Positions 13,445 to 26,587 of a DNA stretch of 64,000 nt are shown here, piece after piece. Position 1 is the first letter of the stretch; the number at the start of each line of letters is the position of its first letter. Both the position numbers and the translations under genes were made by a program. The stretch lies in assembly GCF_009914755.1 (NCBI RefSeq), contig NC_060931.1; one strand, given 5' to 3'. The notes beneath the pieces are model-generated. The model had not been told where the DNA came from, ran no database searches, and worked only from the letters and a program-made list of their open reading frames with translations. This DNA is from the human T2T-CHM13v2.0 reference genome, Homo sapiens.

Positions 13445-14800
13445 ACATTCAGCAAATAGTTACTGAATTCCTACTCTATGCTCAGCAATATTCCAGGTGC
13501 CTAGAATGAATATATGAAGAAAACAGTTAAAAAGTCTTTGTACTTTGAAACTGACATTCTAATGAGGTAGACCTGACATACGATGAAATCTATAAATAGG
13601 AAATATATATATTATGTGACGCTGTCTGACACGGAAGACCGAAAGCAGGAAAGTAGGCCCGGAGTCCTGGGTGGGGAGGGGCTGCAGTGCCGATGACAGG
13701 AAAGGCCTGCAGGTGGGACCTGCCTGAGGAGCACTCCCAGCAGAGGGCACTGCGAAGGTCCTGGCACAGGGTGGAGGGGACACCACCAGGGATGGTGCAG
13801 CTGGGCAGAGTGAGAGAAAAGTGGAGGAGGTGAGCCAATAGTGCGGGTCAGATGGAAAGCCAGGACTTGCGTCTAAAAGGGATTACTCTGCTGGGCTGAG
13901 ATGAGACTCTGGGGGATCAGGGCAGGGGCTGGCAACAACCTCAGCAAGAGACGATAAGCCTGGGTGTCAGAGTGGAGGGGATGAGGCGTGGACAGACTCT
14001 GGGCAAACCTGGCAGGGAGGGCCAGTAGGGTTTCTGGTGGAGTGGATGCGGATGTGGAGGAGGAGGTCAGAGAGGACTCGTGGGGTTTTGCCTGTAAATG
14101 GAAGGATGGAGCGGCCATTTACTGGGTTGGGGAGAATGTGGGAGGAGCAGGCTATTCAGAGAAGACAGGAGCTCAGCGCTGGGAATGTTTGGGGGGAGTT
14201 TATGAGACACTGAGGTGGAGATACAGGCCAAGCAGCTAGATGTGCGGAATTTGGGGCAAAAACCCAGGTTTGAGGCACACATTCCTAGATGGTATGTGTG
14301 GCCCCAAGACCCTGGGAGACGATGGGAATGAGGAAATGCAAGTAGAGAGCGGGTGTGAGAACCAAGGGCGCTCTAGGGCTGAGAGGCTCCACAGGGCAAC
14401 AGGAACCAGCGAAGAAAGAGCAGTGAAGGTGGGTGGCAGGTGAGAGGAAAGTGAGCAACATGGCAAGTGTTACGAACAGGCCAAGTAAGAAGACAGACCA
14501 TTTAACACCACGGAGGGCCCTGGTAACCGAGGCTGGAGAGGTTTTGGCGGAAGGGGTAAAAGAGTGGGAGGGAAGAGGCAAGAGACAGCAAGCACAGATG
14601 TACCCAAGGGGCTCTGCCATGAAGCGGAGCAGAGAAGCAGGCCGTGGCTGTAGGGGTAGAGGTCAAGGTAGGATTGACTGTGTTGCCCTTGAGAAGCTGG
14701 CATGGGGTGGGATGCAGCACCAGGTGGAAGTGGGGCTTTGGCTGGAGAGTCGACAGTTTAGCAGTCACAGGACTGAAGGCAGAGAAGGGGGCACAGGTGC
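13445..14800 (-). mobile_element. L2 LINE remnant
   Basis: cattcagcaaatagttactga... L2 3' end in antisense, followed by purine-rich L2-like body. Confidence 0.65.
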
Positions 14801-15012
14801 AGGCAGATGGCATGGGGAGAGCTGTGCAAGTGAGTGGTGTATTTCTCTTTAATTAAAAAAAGGGGGTTAAAATATAAAACCAATCGCAGCTGTGGGCCAT
14901 ACAGAAACAGATGAGCTAAATTTGGCCCTCAGCCACAGTTGGCCGGCCCCTAGGCTAGGGAAACACAGTGTGACTGCGTGGCAGAGCGCCCACTGAAGTC
15001 GCTGGGCGTGGA

Positions 15013-15024
15013 TGTCACGTGACA
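15013..15024. promoter_or_regulatory. Palindromic E-box/CLEAR motif
   Basis: TGTCACGTGACA, with GGGCGTGG at 15004 and a second CACGTG at 15055; motif match only. Confidence 0.3.
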
Positions 15025-16721
15025 CCAGCAGCCAGCTTACCTGGTTCTCTGCACCACGTGCAGCTGTTTGGCTGCAGGTACAGAACACTGATGGATTTCA
15101 CCAGGTGGATACAATGAACAAAACAAGGGCAAGGGCACTGGGGCTGTGTGCAAAGGGAGACCACAATGGTGGGCATGGAGGGAAATGAGAGAGGGCAGTG
15201 AAAAGGCGGCAAGATCGATGGCTTGCAGGTCTTGAAAGACTGGAAACTGCTGGAATCAGGACACCAGAGAGGGAATTGAAGGGACAGCAGGAGGCGGTTG
15301 GGGAGTGGTGTGCTGGAGATGGAGATGGTGGTTGTGGTGCAGTCACTGTCATCATAGTCATGGATGGCCGTGGGATGGGTGGAGGGGGCACAGGACCATC
15401 CACAAGAAGGCTGCCATGGCCAAGACTGAGGGCCGGAAGAGTGACGAGAAGAGAGGGAAGGTCTGCAGAAGCAGCAAAAAAGACGAGGCCTGAGACCCAA
15501 AGGCAGGGTCTCTACAGAGGGAGTGAGGCTGGCAGAGACGCAATCATGAGAGGCGAGGACCCTGCCCCTGGTGGGCCTGGGCTCAGATGGAGGCAGGGAA
15601 GAGGATGACAAGCACTCAAGAGGGCTGCAGTCCCCTGGAGCTCAGTCTGAGCAGGGAACACTCAGGACCTGGCGGGTCTGCTGAGCCCTAAGTCCCACAA
15701 GGCTCAGTGGAGGGATGTGCAGGAGGTGAGGAGAAGGGGAGGTGAGGTCTCACAAGGGGATGGGTCAGACCAAATGTGGCAAGGGATGAGCCATGATTCC
15801 CGGCTCCTTGGAAAAACAGGACAGGGATAAAGGCTACACAGGATCCCTGCCAACAGGCTCAGGATGGACAGTGGAGTTTGTGTCTACTCATCTTGTCTAC
15901 TGGTGGGTAGAGGCCACGGATGCTGCTGAACATCATACGATGCAGCTAGAGAGTGTTACAGGGTCTTACCAGCAACCAACATATTTCCAGCCCCTCTTTA
16001 CTCTCATTGAATGATGCTGTGGAAGTGAGAGAAGCCTCCACATACGGTGTAAATACAACGAAACCCACCCACCCAGAACCTCCCACCCAGGCTAAGAAGC
16101 TGGACGCGCATGGGTTGTAACCCTCTTTTCCAGCCCAAAAGTATCTGTCCTCGGCCATCTTTACATCCTCCAGCGCTTAGCACTGTCCTTGATACCTAGA
16201 AGATTCTCAAAAATGCATCTGTAGAACTAAACTGTCAATGTCCTGATGACGACTGGCAAAGCGGCCAGCCCGGAACATGCTTCTGCCCTTAGGAAAGTGC
16301 AAATCTGACTGAGATGAGATGACGAACATGGGGGATGCATTTAATTTCACACAAGTGGCGCACAGGAGGGCCTCTGCGGAACACCACCTTTCTCAGTGTC
16401 AGACGAAAGGGAAAACCAAAGCAGGTGGGACGGTCAAGGGCAGGTCTTCTGGAGGAATCAGGGGTCGAGCCTTGCAGAGATGTGGTCTCTGTGGTCAAAT
16501 GACCAGCAGGTCTCCAATTCAGAAATGTGGTTTTTCTCCTGTGTCCATCTGTCCTTCCCTTAACTTTCAAAGGTGCTGACTGGCTCCAGGGAAATCTGAG
16601 ACACTGATATCTGGTAACCAGATTCACCTTAAATAAATGTATGCCTCTAATCATACTGAACCATAAGGCTGACCAATGGGTTTATGTTCTACAACTGCTA
16701 CTGGCTTAAATTAAGGTTGAG

Positions 16722-17032
16722 TTTGGACGCGGTGGCTCATATCTGCAATCCCAGCACTTTGGGTGGCCGAGGCGGGCAGATGGCCTAAGGTCAGGAGTTC
16801 AAGACCTGCCTGGCTAACATCGGGGGTGAAACCCTGTCTCTACAAAAATACAAAAATTAGCTGGGCACGATGGCAGGTACCCGTAATCCCAGCTACTCGG
16901 GAAGCTGAGGCAGGAGAAATGCTTGAACCCAGGAGGCGGAGGTTGCCAGTGAGCTGAGATCGTGCCACTGCACTCCAGCCTGGGTGACAGAGCAAGATTC
17001 CGTCTCAAAAATAAATAAATGAATAAATAAAT
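16722..17032 (+). mobile_element. AluS
   Basis: Full Alu with (AAAT)n tail. Confidence 0.9.
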
Positions 17033-17099
17033 AGACACTGGTTCTCGGAAGCAAGACTGACTCTTTGCAAAGCTTTGAATTAATTTTGTTTTCAATACA

Positions 17100-17530
17100 C
17101 AGCTGCCCCTTGAACAACATGGGTTTGAACTATGCAGGGCCACTTATAAGTGAATTTCCTTCTGCCTCTGTCACCCCTGAGACAGTAAGACCAACCCCTC
17201 CTCTTCCTCCTCAGTCTACTCAATCTGAAGATGACAGTGAGGATGATGACCTTTATGATGACCCACTTCCACTTAATGAGTAGTAAATATATTTTCTTTT
17301 CCTTATGATTTTCCCAATAACATTTTTTCTCTAGCTTACTGTAAATATACTATACATAACATATAGAGCATACAAAATATGTGTTATTCCCTGTTCATAG
17401 TATCAAGGCTTCTGGTCAATAGGAGACTATCTGTTAACTTTCTGGAGAGTCAAAAGTTAGACGTAGATCTTCAGCTGCGTGGGACTGGGGGCTGGCGCCC
17501 CTGGCCCCTGTGTTGTTCAAGGGTCCACTA
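17100..17530. mobile_element. Tigger2-type (TcMar) DNA transposon
   Basis: Terminal inverted repeats cagctgccccttgaacaaca / tgttgttcaagggtccacta. Confidence 0.75.
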
Positions 17531-17828
17531 TGCTCCTGCCTTCCCTCTCAGTGTCCTCCTCTCCCTCCCCTCAACCTGTGCCCTGCCTTTGTCTCTTCCT
17601 AAAAGAATAGGTTTGTCACCTGTTTCCCTGATAGAAAGTGTTCGTTTCTGGAGCATTAGCTGACTAAGTTAGAGATTAAAACTCAACTATAAAAAATTCA
17701 AGACATAAAACCTGTAAGTTTCATGTTTCTCCTCGACTCTCTCTGGAAAGATCACACCCTTCCTGGCCTTTCCATCTCTGTTTCCCACAAAATACCTGAT
17801 GCCTCCCTGGCCTTCTCCCAGCCCTTAC

Positions 17829-17942
17829 CTGGACTGGGGTCCACAGGAACATCTGGAATCTTGGGGTCAGGGCGGCGCCAGTTGCAGGGCTCCTTCCCTT
17901 GTTCAATCTGGGAGAGGACCTCGGACTTGGAGATGGCGTAGT
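17829..17942 (-). pseudogene. ZNF767P: ZNF767P exon 4 (KRAB-B, 114 nt)
   Basis: ttcctcag|ACTACGCC...CCAG|gtaagg; (D)[37 protein letters not shown]. Confidence 0.88.
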
Positions 17943-18055
17943 CTGAGGAAAGACAGAAGGTTAGTTTTTGTCACGTTCCAGTCAGAGCTGAGGACAGTCA
18001 GCCCTGAAAACCAACAATGGTCTAGAAACGAAATCTCCTGATTGTCTCCTGAGAG

Positions 18056-18278
18056 CAGTAGCTCTCAACCACAGGCAATTTTCCTCCCCGGGGACATTTG
18101 GCAAAGTCTGGAGACAATTCTGGTTGTCATGCCCAGGGCTGGGGGAGAGGTGACTGGCATCTGGAGATGCCCTGAGAGGCCAGGGCTGCTGCTCAACATC
18201 CTACGATGCAGAGGATGCCGCCGACACACAGAATCACCTGGTCCCAAATGTCCACAGTGCCGGGATGAAGAAACTGCC
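18056..18278. mobile_element. MER20 hAT DNA transposon
   Basis: cagtagctctcaacc...ggggacatttggcaaagtctggagacaattctggttgtca...ctggcatct. Confidence 0.8.
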
Positions 18279-18950
18279 ACAGAGCGTGCACGTTAAACAG
18301 CAGTGCACTTGTGCTGATGAAACAACCTCACGTCTGCACCTGCTCCTGCCCTCTCTAACAGGTCTCACTGCCCTTGGCTCCAGGATCACACAGAAACCAT
18401 CAGGAAGAGGAAATCAGCCCGGGAAGAAACAGAGTCCAGGCCCTTCCTGGGCAGGATCAAACAAGGAGAGCAGCAGTAGCCCAAGAAAATGAGGGAAGTA
18501 AAGTTTTGAGGCATGAAGAAAATGTCAGCTGCAAGCAGCACCGCTGGCCCATGTTCTCCACTGACCTCAAAGCATGTTGCCGTAAGGGCCACACGTATCT
18601 GTAGAAGAAGGCCGAATTAGAAAGAGTCTTTCTCAAATGTGAGTCAATTACTTACTGGATCTGAGAACAGAAGGGGTCCTCCCCGCTCCAAGTAAGCACC
18701 AATAGAAAGGTCCATACCCTGGACCTGTGTAGGAGACAAGCCACCACCTTTCCCAGCTTGGTATTCTGGGGCCCTGCACACAGGGCGAAGGGAGCTTTTA
18801 ACTCCATCACCCAGGGCTCATCTTTCACAGGAGGTAACAACTCTCAAGGTCAACGCTTCTGGTGATTTACATATCACTGTCATGAAAACAACCACGTGCA
18901 GAGAGAAGTACACGGACTTCCAAAATCCAATAATGAGTGTCAGGCCTTAC

Positions 18951-19077
18951 CCAAAGAGACCAGCATCTCGCAGTTGCCCCTCATCACGTGCTTGCAGAGC
19001 TCCTTCTGCCAGTCCTCCAGCTTGCCCCACACTTGCTCAGAGAACTACACAGCCACATCATCAAATGTCATAGGCAC
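18951..19077 (-). pseudogene. ZNF767P: ZNF767P exon 3 (KRAB-A, 127 nt) with in-frame TAG at 19047-19045
   Basis: tttcag|GTGCCTATG...TTGG|gtaagg; [41 protein letters not shown]. Confidence 0.9.
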
Positions 19078-19164
19078 CTGAAACCACAAGCGTCACACTC
19101 GCTCACCCACACGCTCACAGGCTTGGCCCGCGGCCTCCCCAACCCCAGGGCGCCCCAGGGCTAC

Positions 19165-19464
19165 CTTAGGGGACTCCCCCTTGCTGCCTGGGGGCAGCCG
19201 CAGGATCCAGAAGTTCCTGTTGCGCAGCAGGTTCTCCACGTTCTCCAGCCGCCTCTGCAGCAGCCCGTACTCCTGCAGCAGGGTCCCCAGCACGGCCCAC
19301 TTGCCCTCCAGCTGGTTCCCGAACTCCACGGCTGTCTTCTCGCAATCAGCCAGCTTCTTCTCGGCCATCCCGGTTTGACCTTCTAGGGAAAGCAGGTGAG
19401 CAGCCTGCGATTCAATCTTCCTCTCCATGGCCTGAATCGTGGCTGCCATCGTCCACGGAGAAAT
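19165..19464 (-). CDS. ZNF767P: ZNF767P exon 2, open 300-nt DUF3669 exon (translation unproven)
   Basis: aag|ATTTCTCCG...CCTAAG|gtag; [20 protein letters not shown]...[32 protein letters not shown]. Confidence 0.8.
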
Positions 19465-21949
19465 CTTTCAGAAACAAAAGAGAAACTGGCATCATTCATT
19501 CCATCCACTGTCTTCACTGAGCCCCTCTCTCCCTAGGCACGGGGGAGTTGGGCTGGGAGTCCATATGTGTGGACAAGTGGGGCTATCCTATACCACATGC
19601 CAGATCTCAGGTTGGCCATCACCTGCTTGGGTATGTTAGGTCTATGTCTGGGTGGGTGCCTTTACTCCAGGCCTCTGCAGCACAATGCAGACCCTTATCA
19701 CGGTGCTTATCACCCTACACAGTAATTTCCTACCCACGCCTACACTGTTGGCTCCCTGAACATGGTATTGCACCTTTTCACACCACGGTCCTTGACACAT
19801 GCCTGGCACTCAGTGCAGTTTTGCTACGTATAGTGTGACTTAGCATTGCTCGGTATTTTAGTGGGGAAATGGTAAACTGCAGATTTACTAGAGCCCAGCC
19901 TGCACCTCCCCTCATGATTACACAGGAACTGTCTACTGATGATGACCCAGCAAAAAAAAAAAAAAACCACAGCTCGTTCACTGAAACCGCACAAACAAGA
20001 GTACTGCTCATTTTTTTTAAAGCATCTTATGTCCCCTTTTAATAAACATAAAAATCTAATGGCCAGTTCCTCTTCCCCCAGGACAGTCTCATTTTGTCCC
20101 CTTCCCATCTGCCCCTCCCCACAAGCTAAAATCCCCATGACTGCAAATCTCCATCAGTCCAGAGTTTTTTGACACTGCATGAGCCCTACAAGATTCTTTC
20201 TCTTTCCCAATTCCCATCTCCTCAAGGTAAAAATGATGGCTTCAATCATTTTTGTAGCTGTACTAGGAGTGGTGACATACAGTCTGGTGAGGAAAATGGA
20301 CATATGCCACAAACTTACACTTATATATGGGCAAAAACCATCTTAATTCGAGATGAGGGGCTTCCCTGTCCTTGGAAACATTCACATGGTGTATCAGTGA
20401 CTGGCAGCTGGGGACAAGGAAGAATGAGCACATTTTGCCTTGGGTGGGGAGCTGGACTATTTGAGCCACCCACATCTGAATGTGGGACCTATAGGGCAGA
20501 GAGAAGCTCCTGGTATCCATGCCCAAGGATCGACGCCCCCTTACAACATTCTGCAAAATAATTCCTCAACAAAAGGTTGGTGATTGTTTGCAAAATGAAG
20601 AAGTGGCTACTAGAAACCAGTGTGGATGCACTCAGGGAAAGTCACTGAGAACTACAATGTGAATAGATTGAGCAGAAGCAGAAAAAAACTTCTCCAGGAC
20701 AGTACTCAAGGGCCTGTCTGGCTGTTTGGAGGGAAACAGGACCCAAAGAAGGTAGGACTCTAAAAGGTCTTCAAGGCTGGGAGGTTCTGGACAAGCTGAA
20801 CTGTTTCTAGGCGAAAACCCCAATGTGGATGGCGAGTCTTGCTCTCAAGGAGTAGGTGGTCCTACAAGTACCTGGGTGGGCCCGCTTGGTTCTGGGTTTG
20901 AGTCTGCCCTCCACCTAAGGCCACTGTTCCCTCACCTCTCCTTTCTTAGATCAATCCCTGCCACGTGAAGTCGAACGCCAAGAGTTTACTCCAGAAGCTT
21001 CCTTTCAACTGGTCACCAGCTCCCCATCCACTGAAATCCTACCCATCCTCCACGTGCATTATTACAGTCTTTGTGTGGCATGAAAGGGACCTCTGCATAA
21101 ACTACTTTATTAAGAAAATATTAGTCTTTTACTCATGGATAATAAAGTACATGGTTTTCTCACAATTCTGATGGGGCCAGGAAACCCTGTGTAAGGCCTT
21201 CACACTATGTGGTGGGAGGTGTCGACTGTGCGCTGCTCACTCCAGCCCAGCTTCTTACTGACAAGTGGCTGGAATATGTGGGGCTGTCCTTGGACTCCTG
21301 CCAGGAAGCCGAAACTCTTTGCTTGAGAGGAGCTGATGGTAAGAGGAGCCCGATCCCTCACTGGCCGCCCACCCGCAGGATGAAGTCCTGGCATGCAAGC
21401 CCCTTCCTAGTCTCTCTCTGCAGACTCCTTTCCCACTGCCTCCAAACCAAAACCATCTTCTCCAGGCTCATGGACTCCTTTCTGTGCCTGCACACGCCCT
21501 GCACTGTCCCGTCTCTCTGCGCCTTTGCCCAGGCACTCCTCCCTCCCTGAAAGCACCACCGGTCTAGCTGGGCCTGAAATCCTAGCCGTCCCTAAAAGCC
21601 CGGCTCAAATCACAGAGGCGCAGAGCATCAGGCCAGGAGGGGTGGACAGCGGTACCAAGAGGCCCCCTGACACTCCTTCCCCCGGAGCCCACCGCAAGCT
21701 TCCACCTGGGCGCCAACACTCACCCCTTCCTATTTTGCACAATTATTGCCCGCGTACCTGCCTGCCTGGTCCTTGAACACACAGCCACTGTGTGTCTTTT
21801 CACACTTCCAGGTGTGCAAGCCTGGGCAAGTTAACTTCTCTAAGCCCCAGGTTTTTCTTTTGCATGACAGAGATAACACCAGTACCCATCCCACAGGCTT
21901 GCTGTGAGGACAGAAGGACAGACTAAGGCCTCAACAGGGCTTGGTGCAG

Positions 21950-23060
21950 TACCTGGCTCTATATTCCCTTCCGCGCCGACCCTGGGGAGCTGGGCACGTA
22001 AGGGGTGTCGGTATACGCGGATTCGAAGCCTCACAACTCCCAGGTACCACTAAGCCGCTGGGGGGAGCTGGGGGAGGGACCCACAGGCCGAGCGCCAAGC
22101 AGAGAAAAGAGCCTCGGGTGGGGGGACGCAGATGTAGGGTTCAGCGGCTGGGGCGGGGGCAGGAAGCCCCGGAGGGGCCAAGGATCTTGGCGTGGGGCGG
22201 CCCGGGGCGGGGACAACCGTTCCGCCAGCGCTCGGGCTCGGCCCGGAGTGGGGGGCCCGGCTGGCAAGCGCAGTAGGCCCCGGCAGACGCCGCGGCCCTG
22301 TTCCCCGGAGCCCCAGGCGCGGTAGTACGGCTCGGCTCCCGCAGCCCCCGTGTGCCGGGCCCGGGTCGCCCGGGGAATCCAGGCCGCGAGTTCGTGCGCG
22401 CGCTGGTCGCCCTTACCGGAGCTGCGGCCGCCTCCTCCATGGCCCTGCGCTGTCCCCCGCGGCCCAGATAAAGTCGTCGCCGCTGCTGCGCGCGGCCCCA
22501 CGCAGGGCCCGCCTCCCGGTGCTCTCCGCAGGCGGCGCCCGCCCAGCCCTGTCTCTGCCGCCGCTGCTCCCTGACTGCCCCTGCCCTGCGCCGCCCGCAG
22601 TTGCGTCAACGCCTTTAGCGCCCGGCCGGTCCGCACTGTATCCTGGGAGCCGGCGCGGCCGACGAAGGCACATGAGGCTTCCTGGAGGCAGGCAGCCGCA
22701 CAGCCCCACCTGCAGCTCCGGAGGCGAACTGCAGGCGCGACCCCGCCTGGCCCGCGCCCGGGAGCTGACCCCGCGACCCCTGGCCGACCCCTCGCCCCTT
22801 CCCCGACTGCCGCGTGTGCGCGCGCAGTCACTGCGCTGGCCCCGCGACCCAGGCCGAGGGACTCGGTTACCGAAAGAGTCCCCCTCATAAGACCCGCCTG
22901 GCCGCGCCCGCGGGCAAGCAGGGGCTTCCAGGCAGGGCCCTCCCCGGTGACCGCGGGCAGTGTGGCCCCCTCGCCCAGCTGGGCCCCGGCGCGGCCGAAC
23001 AGGCACTTCTGCCGCCCGAGGTCCTGGGCCTGGAGGTTTGGGCTGTTTTCGGGGGGCAGC
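21950..23060. promoter_or_regulatory. CpG island / ZNF767P promoter and exon 1
   Basis: Very GC- and CpG-rich, several GC boxes, contains start codon and first splice donor. Confidence 0.9.
22417..22440 (-). CDS. ZNF767P: ZNF767P exon 1 coding part (MEEAAAAP)
   Basis: Strong Kozak gccATGG; CCG|gtaagg donor; phase 0 join to exon 2. Confidence 0.8.
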
Positions 23061-25236
23061 TGTAACTCATCCCCATCTGTGTTTGAAGTGGAATAAATAC
23101 TTCGAACAATAGGAATATACCAGTAGATGCTACTTAGCATTTTCTACCATGTGTTTATTACAGTAAATATTTTTTAATGGCATGAGCAATGGAACGCAAT
23201 ACCATCATTGAACATTATTTTGGGGAAGAAATTGGTATGGACAGATGTTCATGATATTTTAAGAGAAAAAGCCTGTCCAGAACGATCCTGTCTTTGTTTT
23301 AAAATTAACACTTTAAAACAATATATGACATCATATGTAGTATTATATACCGTGTATATGTGTATCTATAGTTTTGAAAGTTTGGAAGCATACAAATGTC
23401 AACATAGACTAAGTAGTTTTCTTTAATAGAGCACAGGCCGTTTTTACGCATTTTATTTTCCCAATTCATGTTTTTATTTTTCAATAACAAGGATAGTATT
23501 TTTAAACGAGAGAAAAATAAACATTTAAAAGTCCTTAAGAGGCTGAGGATGGAGGGCGCCTTGGACGGGGGCCCCCACGTGGTTACAGAGGCGCATTGCC
23601 TTTCAGATTCCTGGGCTGAGTGGGGCTCTTTCCAGCTGGGGAACCTGCGACATGTGATGCGGGGTCTATGGGGCTTGCCAGGCCTAGGGACCGGGATCTG
23701 AACATTCTCCCCTAGTTTCTCTTCATCAGCGTGGGCTGTACGTTCAGTGTATAAAAATGGAATTGCCCCAGGAGTCGTGTGGGCGAAGACCTTACTCATA
23801 GTGTTGCCGATGCTCCTGCGTCCGACTTGCTTCTTTGGGTCGCAGGCACAACCTAGCTATTCTCTGATGCCTCTCATCTCTGGGCGATTGTCCCTCAAAT
23901 GAGGGGGTTTAGAGATTTCCTGCCTGGAGCCTTTGGCATCATTTTGTCTTTTGGAGTAAATCCGACAAAGGGTAAAATCACCCTACTCACCCCGTGAGCT
24001 GTAGGAGAATGTCCCTGGACCTGCCCCAGGTTTTTCCTGTTTTTTTTTTTTTTTTCCCTTCAGCTCTTCCACGTGATTCCTTCCCCTCTCAAGTAACACA
24101 TCTCCTCTCCTAGGGGTGGACTCGTGTTTTATGGGTCTGCAGCTTGTGTAATCAGGAAGAACATTATTAAGTAAAAGCCTCATAAAATTACAAATTTAGA
24201 AGGAGGCACAGAGCTGGTGCAGGAAAGGCACTCTGAAGCTTCCTTAGCTTCACTGTAATGTCCTGGATTAAAAAAAAAAAAAAAGCCAGCCTTGTCTAGG
24301 CTGGGACATGTGCACCACGGAGATTGTAGGGGGAACTGGGAATCAGGAGACCTGTCAGTTCTGTCATTAACCAGTCGAGACCCTTGGGCAAGTCAGTCAG
24401 CCCTTGCCTCACATGTAAAGTGAGGAGATTGGAGTAGATCATTCTGCAAATGTCCCTGAGTCCAGCCTTCCTTTCACCACTTGATACGGGACCCAGTAGA
24501 AGACCACCGCTTCCTCTCTCACTGTGGCCTTTTTGCGGGTCACCCTGCATGATAATTTACCTCTATTATCAAGACAACAATGTGTTGGCAAGTCCCTGCC
24601 ATGTTGCCTGGAAGAGCTACTCCCGGATTACCTTGGAAAAGGGCCTTATTCCTGTTTGAGGAGACAGAGGTGTCATCTCCATGGCAATATGGCCCCTAGG
24701 GGAACTAGTGCTTTCATGGTGTGTCCCATGGTGTGTGCTGGAGGATGTGAGCAGTGGGGCAAAGTGCGGTCTGGACTTAAGTGACCATCTGTGTGTCCCT
24801 TGAAGGAATTTAACATCATAGAAATCACTGTGGAATTCAGTGTTTCCCAGGTCCTCGGACCAGAAGTGGAGAGGAGTGACTGGCTTTGCTGCCTTCTGAG
24901 AAGGTTGCCAGGGCTACAAGGCAAAAGGCCTGTGGGTAAAGGAGAAAATTCCAGTAGAAGGAAAAGACAGTTCACAGGAAGGGACAGTTTACCAGCTCCT
25001 GTGACAAGAGAAGAGGCGGGGCCTTGGCACAGCTGAGGAGGTGAAAACGAGCTTACCCAAGTGTTACTCCACGTGTTCCTTCTAAGAGGGACAGGGCTCT
25101 GCTTGCCATCGGAAAGGTCACGTGGGAGGCTGGACGCAGTGGCTCATCCCAGAGCTTTGGGAGGCCAAGGCAGGAGGATCGCTTGAGGCCCCGAGTTTCA
25201 GACCAGCCTGGGCAACATAGTGAGACGTCTGCTCTA

Positions 25237-25470
<234 letters not shown>

Positions 25471-26025
25471 CTAGGTTAACATTGGTCCTTTTAAGGCTTT
25501 TGGGGATTCCAAAATCTACTCAGCTACCACCTTCTCACTATTTCTTGGAGTTGCTTCTTCTCCATCATTCTCCATGTATATTAACTGAAGAAGTAGAGCT
25601 GGAAGAATCATCTTTTGTCGTAGATTGCAGTTGTGTTGAAAGTGCCCTGAATGGAATACTGGGCCAGGAGAGCCAGACGCAACTCTGTCATTAAGTGTGT
25701 TAGAAAAGACACCTCAGTCACATGGAGTTTCTTTTGTAGGTGCCCACCGTGACAGGCACTAGAGGTTGACTCTGAAGGTCATTCTAGCAGTGCTTTTCCA
25801 GGCTGCTGCCCCAACCCAGGGACTCACGGCAGGGAAGACACAGGATCCGGGGTACCTGAGGAGGAGACACTGCCTCTTGTTATGCACAAGGTCAATGAGT
25901 TCTCACTCAGGCGGGTCTGGCAGCTCCTATGAGCTTCTATTTTGAAGTGGCAACTCATAGGTTCCTGGTAATCTGGGTATGGCTATAAAAGTCAAAGATA
26001 TTAACTAACCCACACAATAGCAGGA

Positions 26026-26098
26026 CACAGTATAGCTCAGGGGTAGAGTATTGGACTGCAGATCCAACAGGACACCAGTTCAAATACAGATAACCCCT
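26026..26098 (+). pseudogene. tRNA-Cys(GCA) degenerate copy, paralog of 1547-1618
   Basis: CACAGTATAGCTCAGGGGTAGAGTATTGGACTGCAGATCCAACAGGACACCAGTTCAAATACAGATAACCCCT; acceptor stem destroyed. Confidence 0.82.
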
Positions 26099-26587
26099 CT
26101 GGCTTTTCAATTTTGACATTTTAAATAGGTGCCTACATTTTAACTTCTTTTCTATTAGACACTAGGGTAAAGATTTCATTTTTTCTGGAACCAGCAAATG
26201 GTGAGGGTAGAATGTGGTGGTTTTATACATTTTAGGGAGACATGAGACATCAGTCAATATGTGTAAGATGTACATTGGTTAGTTCTGGAAATGTGGGACA
26301 ACTTGAGGTGAAGGCAGGACAACTGAAAGCAAGGAGGGGGCTTCCAGGTCACAGGTATATAAGAGACAAATGGTTGCATTCTTTTGAGTTTCTGATGAGC
26401 CTCTCCAAAGGAGGCAATCAGATATGCACTTATCTCAGTGAGCAGAGGGGTGACTTTGAATAAAATGGGAGGCAGCTTTGCCCTAAGCAGTTCCCAGCTT
26501 GACTTTTCCCTTCAGGTTAGTGATTTGGGGGCCCCAAGATTTATTTTCCTTTCACATTTAAGTGTACAGTACTTGAAACTGGACCTG

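Larger units (their letters stand above)
17829..22440 (-). pseudogene. ZNF767P: ZNF767P 5' part: partial duplicate of ZNF746 (DUF3669 + disrupted KRAB, no zinc fingers seen)
   Basis: Four GT-AG exons translating to ZNF746-like [28 protein letters not shown].../[26 protein letters not shown].../[22 protein letters not shown]; location within tRNA-Cys cluster. Confidence 0.88.

Noticed and set aside
15037-16225. Extra ZNF767P exon boundaries (minus donor CAG|GTAAG at 15041; acceptor near 16222)
   Set aside because: Isolated splice-like motifs with no ZNF746 homology; transcript data needed.
22031-23140. 369-aa and other long ORFs over the CpG island
   Set aside because: Low-complexity A/G/R/P translations expected from stop-poor GC-rich DNA; only the 8-codon exon 1 has splice and homology support.
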